A stretch of 64,000 nucleotides of DNA, taken from the NCBI GenBank assembly GCA_050273025.1, contig CP158635.1:10726001-10790000 (forward strand). The letters are read 5' to 3'. This stretch comes from Cenococcum geophilum (taxonomy: Eukaryota). The notes beneath the pieces were generated by a model that saw only the letters and a program-made list of their open reading frames with translations, ran no database searches and had not been told where the DNA came from. A program made the position numbers and the translations under genes. Numbering within the stretch: the stretch's first letter is position 1; each line of letters starts with the position of its first letter. Shown one piece after another: positions 49,545-61,200 of this stretch.

Positions 49545-52500
49545 TGTCGGTATAACTCTCTTTATTAACGTGCACGAATATCACTTGTAGTGGTACGTAT
49601 GCGGTGTTAAAGTTTATAGTTGATTGTTGTCTAGAAGAAAGGGGTTGCTCTAAGGTTAGACAGTTAGTCTTGCTTTATAGTCCCGTGACTATATTATATA
49701 ATTAATGTTCCGACACTAGAGTAACTCTAAAAAGAAGGCTAATCTATACTCTAAAGTTAAGTTTTCTAGACTACTCGTAATGTATACGCAATAGCGACTT
49801 TCTGCCAAATTCTGCCATATTACCAAATTCTGCTAAATTCTGCCATGTTACCGAATTCTGCCAAATTCTGCCATAATACTAAATTCTGCTAAATTCTGCT
49901 ATATTACCGAATTCTGCTAAATTCTACCGAACCTAACTTCTGCTAACTAATTAGGATTTTCCATCCCCGGGATAGAAAATCGCTATTGGCTTGCTTAGTA
50001 CTAGCGCTAATACTAAACTAAAGTCGAATCCGTTCGCTTAACCTACCCTACAGCCCGTAATTCAACTTAATTCGTATTAATAAGCTGTAATAGTGCCGTA
50101 TAGGGCTTACCCTTTATTATAGCGTCCGCAGGGTTAGTATCTCTATTAATTTACTTAACTTTAGTAATCTGTTTTTGTTTATAAGCTTAGCGAAAGCATA
50201 TTATATTAATTATTAAGCGTTTCTCTTACGTAGTTCCTAGTTAGATAAGATAGTTATATAAAGACTTTAAATTAGTATAAAGAATAAATAGTAAGTTAAC
50301 CTATAAGACCTTGTCTAGCGTAGATTTAATTATAGCGCCTATATTAAAACTATGCGCTATGCCATACAACTCTAAGGCTAATACACTCCTAGTGACTCTT
50401 TTGCACTTAATTAAGGACTAATAGACAATATTTGCCTTATTTAAGGCGTCTGCTAGTATAAATACGTAGCCAATTTATAAAGATAAGTCCTTATTGTTGG
50501 CGAAGGAAGCGTCTGTAAATACTAGGAGTTATAAGGTATTAACGTCTAGCTTAACGAACTTTAGGCCTCTATTTATATTCTTAATCTACCAGCTTAATCG
50601 CTTATTAAGACTCTTTATATTATCTTTAATTAGGTTAATTACCTAGGTAGTAAAGGATAGGTTAAATAAGGCCTCTAGCTAATAGATTAAGGCGATATAG
50701 GCTCCTTTAGCGCGTTAAGCGATATATTGGTCCTTTAGCGTAAGTAGGCCACGCGTAACTCCTCTAGAGCTAGTGCTGTTTATTAGCGTAGTATTAACCA
50801 CACTAAGGTTTTTATACTAGCGCTTTTGCGTTAGCGTAATACTCCTATCTTATATTAATTAAATAAGTCCTCCGTTAAACTTAATTGGTATATTAGCGGT
50901 TAATTACTCTTACTTCTTAGCTATAAATTTAGCCTTATATAGTTCGCTTTGTTTAGCTTTTATAAAGGTATTATCTATAAGAAACAGTATATTGTTAGTC
51001 TATAGGCCGATAATTCTAAAAGGCTTATTGCTGTAGAGTAAGTAAGGGTTATACGTGGACTGGTCTATTTGCAGCTAATTAACGTAGTATAAATAGTAGG
51101 TCTTAAACTAGTAGTTTTTAGCTTTAGGTACTTCGTAAAGTGGCTTTATAACCTTTAGAACGGAGTCTATATTAATTCCTAATTATTTATTTAGCTTATA
51201 TAGTGGTCGTATATAGAACTTGCGGTTTAGGTTTATAGTAGACTAGATATAGGCTTATAAGATGTCTTAGAGGTAGAGTTATATTTATGGTAGCATAGCA
51301 GCGATATAGAGAATTAGCCGCTAGCTAACCCGTTAAATTATTGGTGACTAAGTAAGGACTAGCTCTTTCTCTAAATTATTATAGGCCTATATAATAAGTT
51401 GTAATTTCTTAAAGGCTCTATTGGTTCCCTTATTCTTAATCTTGTTAATAAACCATAAGTTAAAGAGTCTGACCCCCTTTAGTATATTGTGTAGCTTAAT
51501 GATCTTAAAGACACCTTTCTTAAGTAGGCCTATAACCTCCTTTTATTGTAAAGCGCTGAATTAGGTATTATTATCGTTCTATAAGTAGATAGCGATATTA
51601 GCGATATCTATAATATTACCTATAAAAGCACCTATATCTATTATAGCGTCTATAGTAGCTGTGTCTGCAACGGCTGTAAGTAATAGGTATTTACGGAGGC
51701 GACCTCTGCCTCGCTTTGGCGGTAGCTGTAGTTTAGCTTTAGGTAATGATTGAGGTTTAGCTAGTAAAGGTACTAGTTTAGCTGATTTAATAGGCTCTTG
51801 TGGTTTAACTAGGTCTTATAGGTCTAGTAGGTAAGGTTTTATAACTGTAGAGCGGAAGGTTGTAGGCCTATTTGGTAGCTTTACGGTATAAGTCTTACTG
51901 TTAACGGTAAGTAGTGTATATGGCCTATCCTAATAACTACTCTAGCCAGTATTGCCTTCTCTCTAGACTAAGACAGGCGAACTAGGTAGGAGGCCGTAAA
52001 TAGCATTAGTTTGTGGTCCGTTTTGTATATTAAGAGCGTTAGCAATTTATCGTTCAGCTTATAGCTTCTAAATTTCTACTATTGCTTTCTTAATAGCCGC
52101 AGCTTGCTATGTAACTAAAGGTAATAGCGTATCCGATTTAACCATTTGGGGGTAGGCTTTGAAGACTAGGAGTATAGGGACTAAGCCTTCTAGGCCAGCT
52201 GTGTTATTAATAGCTTTAAAGGCCATTTATAGGGCCATCTCCTTGCTAATTTTAGGGATTTTAGTTGTAATAATTTGGTAGGCTTGTTATAGCGGATTAT
52301 AGTAGCGCTCTACTATTCTAATAGAATTGTGTAATTTAACTAGAACTAACTTTATGGTTACTCCTATAGTAGTAGCATAGTGCTTAAACTCCTTATTAAT
52401 AAAGTTCTTTTTAGCGTCTGTGGTAATTAGGTTTAATAGTCCTAAGTAGCTATTAATCTAGCACATCTATAGAATGTCCTAAGTGTGCTTAGCGCTAATA

Positions 52501-55500
52501 TCTCGTAGCTATCTACTAGCTTAAAATTAAGTTGCTTTGTCAACTACGTGTAGTAGGGGGGAGCTGCTAATATATATAATATCAACGATAATATTATAAT
52601 TGAAATTAACGTTGTCTTATAGGGTGAAGTGAAATCTACCTAGAGATCTGCTATACTTCTAGCAATAGTAGTAAAGTCTAGTTAGCTCTTTAATAGCGGA
52701 TCTATTAGTATTATAGCCATAGCTAGCCTTATTAAAAAGCTTTTGTAGTCTATTAACTAATGGGTAACTAAATTAACGGTATAAACGTCGTAGTTCTATA
52801 TTAGTTAAGTAGTAAGGGTTTATATTAAAAGACTTAACTAAATAGAACTATAAGGAGAAGCTCTATAAGAGAAATGGGTGGCTAAATTATCTAACTACTA
52901 GTACCCTTTTAGTGCGAGTGATAATAACGTCCTTTAGGTTATTGTATTTAATATAAAGTCTATCTATATCTGCTAAGTAAAGTAGAAAAGGGGTATTTGC
53001 TTTAACGATATAGAATTATACCTTGCCTATAGGGCTGTTAATGTCTATAGTTCTAATAGACGTAGATGCTCTAATTCCGAATTAGATAGTTACTTAACCC
53101 TTAGTTAACATGTTAAGACTTACGGACTTATCTACAGCCTATAGAGCTTAGAATTGGCCGTAGCTAGCTATAGACTTACGCGAAGCACCTATATTAATCA
53201 TGATTCCTATAAAGACCGTTAAGGTATATTATAACGCTGTGGTTATAGCCGTACTATAGGCAAATAGGTCGGTCTCCGTGTAAGGTTTTGTAGTAGACTC
53301 TATAATAAGTTCTAAAGCCGTAAGTAAGTATATACAAGCCTTATTGGCTAGCTCTACGCTTATAGAGGTTGCTTCCTCCGTAGTAAGTATTCTAAAGGTG
53401 GTAATATAGGCAGAACTATCATTAGGTTCTCCGGTATCGTTCCTAGAGTTATTAGCGTCTTTAGCGTCTTATATATAGGCTTTAAAGTCTAAATTATTAT
53501 TTTTATCTTTTTCGCAAGCAGCGACGTATTACTTAAAGTGGTTATTAAAGTTACCCTTATTACGGCCCTTAATATTAGTAAAGCGTCTCTTATAATTATC
53601 TCTGGACCGATTACGCTCCTCCTCTATGTATTTCTATAAATGGCAGTCCTCCTTCTTATAGACGTAGCACTTGGCCTTTAGTCTGCCGTTAGTTTTATAG
53701 GGGCGATTGCTACTATAGCGGTTAGTGTTTTGGTCTCGATTCTGGTTATTTTAGTAGTAGTATTAATCCGTAAAAAAAGCTTAGTGAGACGATCTTATTA
53801 AGGCCTATAGGGGGTATTCTTTTTCCTACGTAATAATAGAGGATTATAGTTTACTAATTAACTAAGAGAGGTTTTTTAAAGGGTTGGAGATAGTAATATA
53901 GCATACTGGTACTCCCTAGTAAGTAGTAACTAGCTTATTTATAAGAATACAGTTTATATACAAGTCTAGGTATAGTCTATAATGTTATTTTAGTAGCTTA
54001 TCTATAAGCAGTTAGAAGTTCTAATAGATTAACTTATTAGGGTTCTCGTCTATAACTCCTTAGAGGGTTATACTGTTCCACTCTATAAGGTTCTTGCGGT
54101 AGTATTCTAGCCCTTTAAAGAACTATTATATATGGTTATAGGCTTCTATAAAAGGTCTTAACTTAAGGTTACTATTATAGTAGTGGTCCTAAGCAAGCCC
54201 TTTTAGTATGCTAGGGAATGCTACTATATAGCCTTCTGGTAGCAAGCTAGATCTCTTATAGATATTATAGAAGATGGTTAACTTAAAGTTAAAGCTGTCA
54301 CTAACTCTATTGTACTTTTGGTCGTCTATATAGATCTTTGTAATTATAGCCACCTCTTTGCTATATCTAGGCCCTTGCCTAGGTCCTTACTCCACACTAG
54401 GCATAACTAGTTTAGGTAGTATATATATAGGTAGCTGTTACGGCTGCTGTAGTTGCTGCGACTATAGCAATTGGTTAATAAGAGTGTGGATTTAGTTATA
54501 ATTGGAGGATTAAGGACCGGGAGGGGTAGCAGGGGTAGTAGGGGTAGTAATTGGAGTAGCTGGTGGTATAGCAATTGGAGTAGCTGGTGGTATAGTAATT
54601 GGAGTAGTTGGCGGTATAGCAGTTAGAATAGCTGGTAGAAGAGCTAGTAATGCTTATATAGCTGGTAAGGGACTATAGAAAGGTATTAACGCCGGTAGAG
54701 CTATAGTAAGCTTATTTAAGGTTGAATTAAGTTAGTCTTATAAAGCTATAGTAATTATTAGCTTAATATTATTAAGGGCTAGACCAATCTCTTCGTCTGT
54801 CCATTCGTGAAATTCTTCTTTTTAAAGGAGGTTGAATAGTGCTTCTAAGATTAAATATCTATTATTATGCTTTCCGACATATACTTCTCTCTTAAGTAGA
54901 TGGATGCGTAACTTTACTCTTATATTAGTTCGCATACGTTTAAAATCCTTAGTAGTAAAGCCTTTAAATTCCTCCTTAAATACTGTCTATAGTATATAGT
55001 CTGTGAAGTTCTCCTATATATGTACGTAGACCTTTATTACTACGTAGTTTCCTAGCTTATCTTTAGAAGCTATAGCAGCAGTAATTCTATTACTATGCTT
55101 CGATATCTTTTTTTACCACTCTATTATAGTGTAAAGTAGTATGCGTTTAGGTGGAGGTTGTAAAGGTTTAAGGTTTTAAGGTTTAAGGTTAAGGTTAAGG
55201 TTAAGGTTGAGGTTAAGGGTAGTATATACGTTCTCTATAGCCGTTGGGCCTATAAAGTGTTCTTAGTAAGATTACTATTCTCTTAGCAATCTGTTATATT
55301 AGCTGTAAAGCTAGTATAAATTCTCTTAAGCTTAAGGGAGGTTGTAATCTTCTCTAAGTAAAGATATAATTCTCTAGGCAATCTAACGCGTTAGTAGTTA
55401 AGTTAATATGTGGTCTTAAGCTTTAAGGGTAATATAGCTTTTTCCTTTAATAAAATAGATAAGAACTAGGCGATCGTAAAATATTTCTAGTACTACTTCT

Positions 55501-55719
55501 TAAGCGCTAGCTATTGCGTATTTCCTAATCTATACGTCTACTAATTAGTGTTAGTATAACTCTCTTTATCAACGTGCATAAATATTACTTATAGTAGTAC
55601 GTATGCGGTGTTAAAGTTTGTAGTTAATTGTTATCTAGAAGAAAGGGGTTGCTCCAAGGTCAGACAGTTAGTCTCGCTTCGTAGTCCCGTGACTACGTCA
55701 CGTGATTAATGTTCCGACA
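49545..55719 (-). mobile_element. Full-length Ty1/copia family D copy 2 (D2), 6175 bp
   Basis: 171-bp LTRs at 49545-49715 and 55549-55719; TSD TTAAA at 49540-49544 and 55720-55724; reverse complement of D1 over most of its length. Confidence 0.96.
49799..49945 (-). repeat. Tandem array in D2 3' UTR (TTCTGCCAAA-based, ~29-bp period)
   Basis: Repeated AATTCTGCCAAATTCTGCCATRTTACCRA. Confidence 0.85.
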
Positions 55720-57879
55720 TTAAACAATAACTAAATTAGATTACTACTGTTAACTTTTACCTAAAGACCTCCCTATAGAAGCCCCCTAGGCCTACTAAAC
55801 CTATATATACTAAGCTACTAACGCCTATTACCTTAAATACCACTAGAGCTAATATCGACCTTTTTATTCCAACCTTTCCGTAAAAACTCTTAGATAGAAA
55901 GCGCGAGCTACTTTAGAAACTAGGACGCTGCTATAAATGCCGTTAAGAAGGCTATTATTATAATAACCTAAACTACCTAATAGCTAGGTTTAGTAACCGC
56001 TGCCTAATACCTAACCTAATACCCTAAATACTAAATATATCGCTACGTGTTATTACTATATAAGACGAAGACGTAGTAATAATAGTAGAATTGGATATAG
56101 AAGTGGAAAACGCTAAGTCCTAGCCCTAAGTTGTGGGTTAGGACGCCCTAATAATAGAGGGATCTATATATTAGCCTACTTAATAGATAACTTAGTAAAA
56201 ATAAACGGACGGAAATAGATAGTTTTACCTATAATAGAAACTACTGCTAAAAAATAATATAAAAGCCGTTTTATAATTAACTGCAAAGCTATTAATAAAT
56301 TTATAGATACCTAATTTGTACGTATTTATAACCTACCTACCTTACCCCTTACTAAAGCCCGCGCCCTATAACTCGCTAACGGTAGTTATACTATATAGAA
56401 GATTACCTATATAGTATAACTCTACTTAGATATAAACGGGCACTAGGAAGGGCTCTAGCCCTATATTATACCACTTACTAACTACCCTATTATTCTTAGA
56501 ATAAGCTAGCTTAAATAATATAACCCCACTATTAACTAGGAAAAAAAAAGCAACCTTTAACTCTAAATACTGTAGAGAGACTTACCTAGAACATAGCCTA
56601 GCCGCCTCTATTTATTTATTTATTTTTATATCCGTTGTATTATACTACGTACAATACTACGTATGCAGCCTTAGGCTATAGCGCTATAGTTCTATATACA
56701 TGAATCCTTTCTAAGCATCTTAATATATACTCCTAGTAGTTTATAAACCTCTAAACTAGAAGTTTATAGTTCCTTAGTAAACTAAGTTACTGCAACTACT
56801 AGGGAATGAGAAAACGGTAGGAAAAACTATAAGAAATCCTAACACCTGTCCCTATCCTTTTGCAATTTATTTCTGTCCTTTTGCTCTCTATAGTCCTTTT
56901 AAGAGCCTAGTAGGAGTTGCCTCCTTCTAGAGTCCTATTTGTTTTATTTTTCTATAGAACCTTCTACGCTAATACTACGTACTATGTACTAGTTTCGCTG
57001 CTTGAAGAGTCTCGCAGTCTTTACTATTAGCAAAGCGGTTTTCCTTACAATTAATGCAAAAAGGGGTAGTATGCTTGCAAGGCCTGCCTGATATTAAACA
57101 GGTAGGACAGCAGTAGTCTTTAGATAAATATACAGCCGCACAGAATCTACAGGCTCTAGTAGAGCATCTATCTCCTATATGGCCAAATTTTTGGCAGCTA
57201 GTGCACTGCGTAGTAGAAGAGACTTCGAGGTATTTTACTACCTTAGTAGCTGTACCTGCAATTAATATCTCTTTTTGCTTAAGGATTTCTTGTCTTTTTT
57301 CCTTGTTCTCTATAGTAAAAACTATAAAGCCAAATCTGGTTTATGGATCGTGTCTTTTTACGCTAGATAAAATCCATCTAGGTAGTCCTTGTATCCGTAT
57401 AGGATTAAAGGTCTCAATTTCTTCTTTTAGAAGCTTAGAGCCTCCCTCTCCTAGAAAAGGTAGGGTAGGAACTCTATGGGCTATAATTTAAACCCAGGGT
57501 TCTAGTTTTTATTCTCTTTAAAAAGTAAAGCAGTTATGCCAGATATCCTTATATTTAATTAGGAAATCTGCATTATACTCTTCTGTAGTTATAAGGAAAA
57601 TATTTTGTTTTCCTTTAGTTCTAGCTATAGACGCTAGTACTGGCTTTTCTACTTACAGTTTTAATGCAAATAGTTAATTAACTTTGTTCCGTATAGAGAA
57701 GGTATTTAAAGATTGGTTTTTTTCGTCTGCGTCAGGAAAACGGGAGGGTGGTAGGGGCTAGCCAGGGGCTAGCCCGGGGCTGGCCCGGGGTCATTTTAGC
57801 TGGATCCGCTGATCTGCTTATGTACACTTATTTACGCTAGCCCGGGGCTAGCCCGGGGCCATATTAGCAACATTAACAC

Positions 57880-58030
57880 ATTTTATACGTTTTATACGTT
57901 TTATACATTTTATACGTTTTATACATTTTATACGTTTTATACATTTTATATAATATTTCCTATAGCTGCAATATGTATAATTATAATAAAATTCAAAATT
58001 CAAAATTCAAAATTCAAAAATTTAAAATTA
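57880..58030 (+). repeat. X2 microsatellites (TTTTATACR)n and (AAATTC)n
   Basis: Direct reading. Confidence 0.9.
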
Positions 58031-58132
58031 ATAGTAGCTATAAGGGATATCTCTCGCAGAGTCTCCAAATCGTCAATTGGCGGCGTTCCCGATGATCCGC
58101 TGGCCATGTACTGATTTCCTAACTAGGCCTAG

Positions 58133-58280
58133 TGCCTGTCCTGCCTGTCCTGCCTGTCCTACCTGTCCTACCTGTCCTACCTGTCCTACCTGTCCTACCT
58201 GTCCTACCTGTCCTACCTGTCCTACCTGTCCTACCTGTCCTACCTGTCCTACCTGTCCTACCTGTCCTACCTGTCCTACC
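58133..58280 (+). repeat. X2 9-bp array (CCTGTCCTA)n, ~16 units
   Basis: Direct reading; produces the CPT and PVL repeat ORFs. Confidence 0.95.
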
Positions 58281-61200
58281 GTCTGACCGTCCTACTTGTT
58301 CGTGCCTACCTGTCTGTGCCTGCCGGTCGTGCCTACTTGTCTATGCCTACCTGTCTGTATCTGTAATTCGGGGGAGAGGTCGGCCCGATCGAAGGCTCTG
58401 CTTGATTTGATTGCGATTGATTATATTGATTCGAATCGTTCTCTCTGGGCGTTCGCTGGCTGTACGTTTGAACAGTGGTCGTCTGGGGTGCCTCCCTAAG
58501 AGGCCTTGATTCGATTTGATTTGGTAATAGGATGATATCGAGGCTCTAGTTCGATTCGATCGATCGATTGAATTGATCGTGGTGTTTGCTGGCTGGTCGT
58601 TTAAACGATTATCGTCTGGCTCTGGCGACGGTCGTCTGGTTCTGGCGACGGTCGTCTGGTTCTGGCGACGGTCGTCTGGTTCTGGTCACAGTCCTCTGGC
58701 TACCGTTCTGGTGCCTCCCTAAGTAGGGAGGATGTAAGGAAGGAAGGGTAAAGGTGGCATTTAGGTGTACAAGGGGTATGCAAAGGCACGTGTAGAGGCT
58801 GTCGGGAATATAGCGGGGACCCGATGGTACTTCGGACGATTTAGATGATAAGGAAAATCAAAGTCCTGCTAGGAGCCTACTAGGAAGCCTGCTAGGAGCC
58901 TGCCCGGAGGCCTTTAGGATTTTAATACCCTAATAGCAATAAATATAATAATAGTAATAATATTTATTTTATAGCTATAAGCTAGCATAGTGCTAGCGTA
59001 TAGCTCTAGGGCTTAGCTAATATGGCTAAAAGCTAGCCCTAGGCTAGGGGGGGTTAGCTAATATAGCTAAAAGCTAGCCCTAGGCTAGGGGGGGTTAGCT
59101 AATATGGCTAAAAGCTGGCCCCGGGCCAGGGGGGGTTAGCTAATATGGCGGAAAGCTAGCCCCGGGCCCTAAAAACACTTTTAGCGAAACCAAATTTCCT
59201 ACGCCACTTCCCGTTTTCCTGATGTGTAATTAGGACTAGCTTCCTTTCTTATAGCTGCTTTTTCTTACTTCTAGTAGAAGTAGAACTCCTACTAGAAGGA
59301 GAAGGGGTAGAAGATGGTGGTGGTGATAGTAAAAAGGGTAGGGAGGACGAAGAAGGGAGGCCCTTCTTTAGCCTCTCTGCGTAAGTTTTCTTAGTAGGAG
59401 CTACCTCCTTACGGAGAGCCCTTACTTCTTCTACTAGTCCTTTTAGGACATTGTTTGCCTTTTCTTTTCCTTATATAAAGGGATTTTCTCCTACTAGAAT
59501 ACTCCGTATATAGTCCTTTAGCTGTTTAACTTGTTCTTTTTTTTCTTTTTCTTCTTCTCTTAGCCCTTTATAAGCCTGAGTTAGGCTTTCTAAAGCTTTT
59601 TATAGGTGTTGATTTAGAGAGAGAGAAGAGGGGAGTATACTAGCCGTAATAGGCCTGAAATCTATCCCCTCTCTTATTTAGCATTGGTTTTGGTATTAAT
59701 TTTTTCCTTCTTTCTTTTCTTTTTCTTTTTTGGAAAGTGATTAAGAGTAGCTTCTTTTTTTTCCTATATAGATTAGAGGGTTAAATAGGCAAGGGGAAGA
59801 TTGAAGAGAGGAGGTAGAGGTAGAGGTAGATAATATATTATTAATTATCTCTATAGTTTTGCTTTTGAATGGCTTTTTTTTTTAAACTTATAAGTCTTTA
59901 CCATTTTAAAGCTTATAGAAGCTTATAGGGGGGTTTCCTAGTTTTTATAGTAGATAATAACCTTCTTAGGTCTCTTATCTCCTAGTCCTAGAGGTAAAAA
60001 ACTAGGCAAAAAGCCTTGCTAGTTTTTACTATCCTTTTACGCCCTTTCTCCTTACTAATCCTACTAGAAGATTTCTAGGGAGACTAGGCTTAAAGGTAGT
60101 AGAAAAACTAGCTAAAAAAAGACTAGTATCGTTTTGGTATTGGTAGTAGTGGTAGTAGTAGTTTTGGTGTTCCTATCCATGCCTCGCTTACAAGCTAGGA
60201 CCACCCCTAAGAAGAATTTTCTGTTGGGGGAAAGGGGGTAAAACGACAAATAAATCCACCTCTAGCTCGCTAGGCAGGAGGAATTGGGTCTTGAAAGTCG
60301 GAAAATCGATTGTTTTTGATGGTAAGATAGGTATGCGTAAGTTTTGAAGTGTGGCGCTACCTTTTAGTAAGGTTGCATGTGTGGTGAATCTGCCGCCTCT
60401 ATTTACTTACTAGGATATTAACCTAAGAAATCCCTTATTATCCCACCTATAACTAACTACCACTATATAAGTACCGCGGCCTTTTACTATATAGTACGTA
60501 GGAAAGGCTAGATCGTTGCTATAGCTTCCTAATTATAACTATATAAGCTTAATAAAAATAGAATTATATCCTCTATAGTAATAGGATAGATATAGTTAAC
60601 CTTTTAGAAGACGACGCCCCTATAGAACTCTACGGACTTTTACCTTTAGACTTTAAGAAGTTTATAAAGCTTAAAAAAGGACTTACTAATAAGGAACTTC
60701 GTAAGCTTCTCCCTAAAAGGTACTACAACCTTATTAATATATGCTTATAAAATGGCGTAGATATACTCCCCCTACATTAACCTAATAACTATGCCATTAA
60801 TATTAAATAAGGAAAAATGCTATTTTATAAGAAACCCTACCTAATATTAAAAAATAAACTTTTAGTTATAAAAAAGTATATTAACGAGCACCTTAATAAA
60901 GGGTTTATTTATCCTAGCATATTACTAATAACCGCCCCTATTTTTCTTACTAAGAAGCTAGGAGGAGAAATCTAATTCTATATTAACTATAAAGGACTTA
61001 ACGCTATTATAATTAAAAACTAATACCTAGTACCGCTTATACGGGAGACCCTTAAGCGGCTTAGCTAAGCTAAAATCTATACTAAGCTTAATATTATTGC
61101 CGCCTTTAACTATCTTTGAATATAGAAAGGTAATAAATAGAAAACCGTATTTGTATCGCGCTTTAGCTAATTTAAATATACTATTATGCCCTTTAGCGTA

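Larger units (their letters stand above)
57730..59224. mobile_element. Non-autonomous TIR DNA transposon X2 (1495 bp), related to X1
   Basis: 16-bp TIR CRTCAGGAAAACGGGA; 2-bp TSD TG (57728-57729, 59225-59226) confirmed by the empty site TCTGTAATT in E1 (~23815); subterminal GGGCTAGCCC repeats at both ends; core shared with X1. Confidence 0.9.
56970..60180 (-). pseudogene. E2 ORF1 (gag-like, C-terminal zinc knuckles), split by X2
   Basis: ATG at 60180; C-terminus reads TTQCTSCQKFGHIGDRCSTRACRFCAAV(H)LSKD(H)CCPTCLISGRPCKHTTPFCINCKENRFANSKDCETL (57010-57220). Confidence 0.85.
56615..60391 (-). mobile_element. LINE family E copy 2 (E2): complete ORF1-only non-autonomous non-LTR element (~2.3 kb without X2)
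   Basis: 14-bp TSD GCCGCCTCTATTTA at 56601-56614 and 60392-60405; (TAAA)n tail at the left end; a single gag-like ORF; no APE or RT recognisable. Confidence 0.9.

Noticed and set aside
55165..55220. (TTAAGG)n run resembling an interstitial TTAGGG telomere
   Set aside because: It lies in the D2 5' UTR and includes TTGAGG, consistent with RIP-altered (CCTCAA)n rather than telomere repeats.
58077..58499. Cys-rich CPT and PVL repeat ORFs, superficially metallothionein- or effector-like
   Set aside because: They are translations of the (CCTGTCCTA)n array in several frames within X2; X1 has a different unit at the same position.
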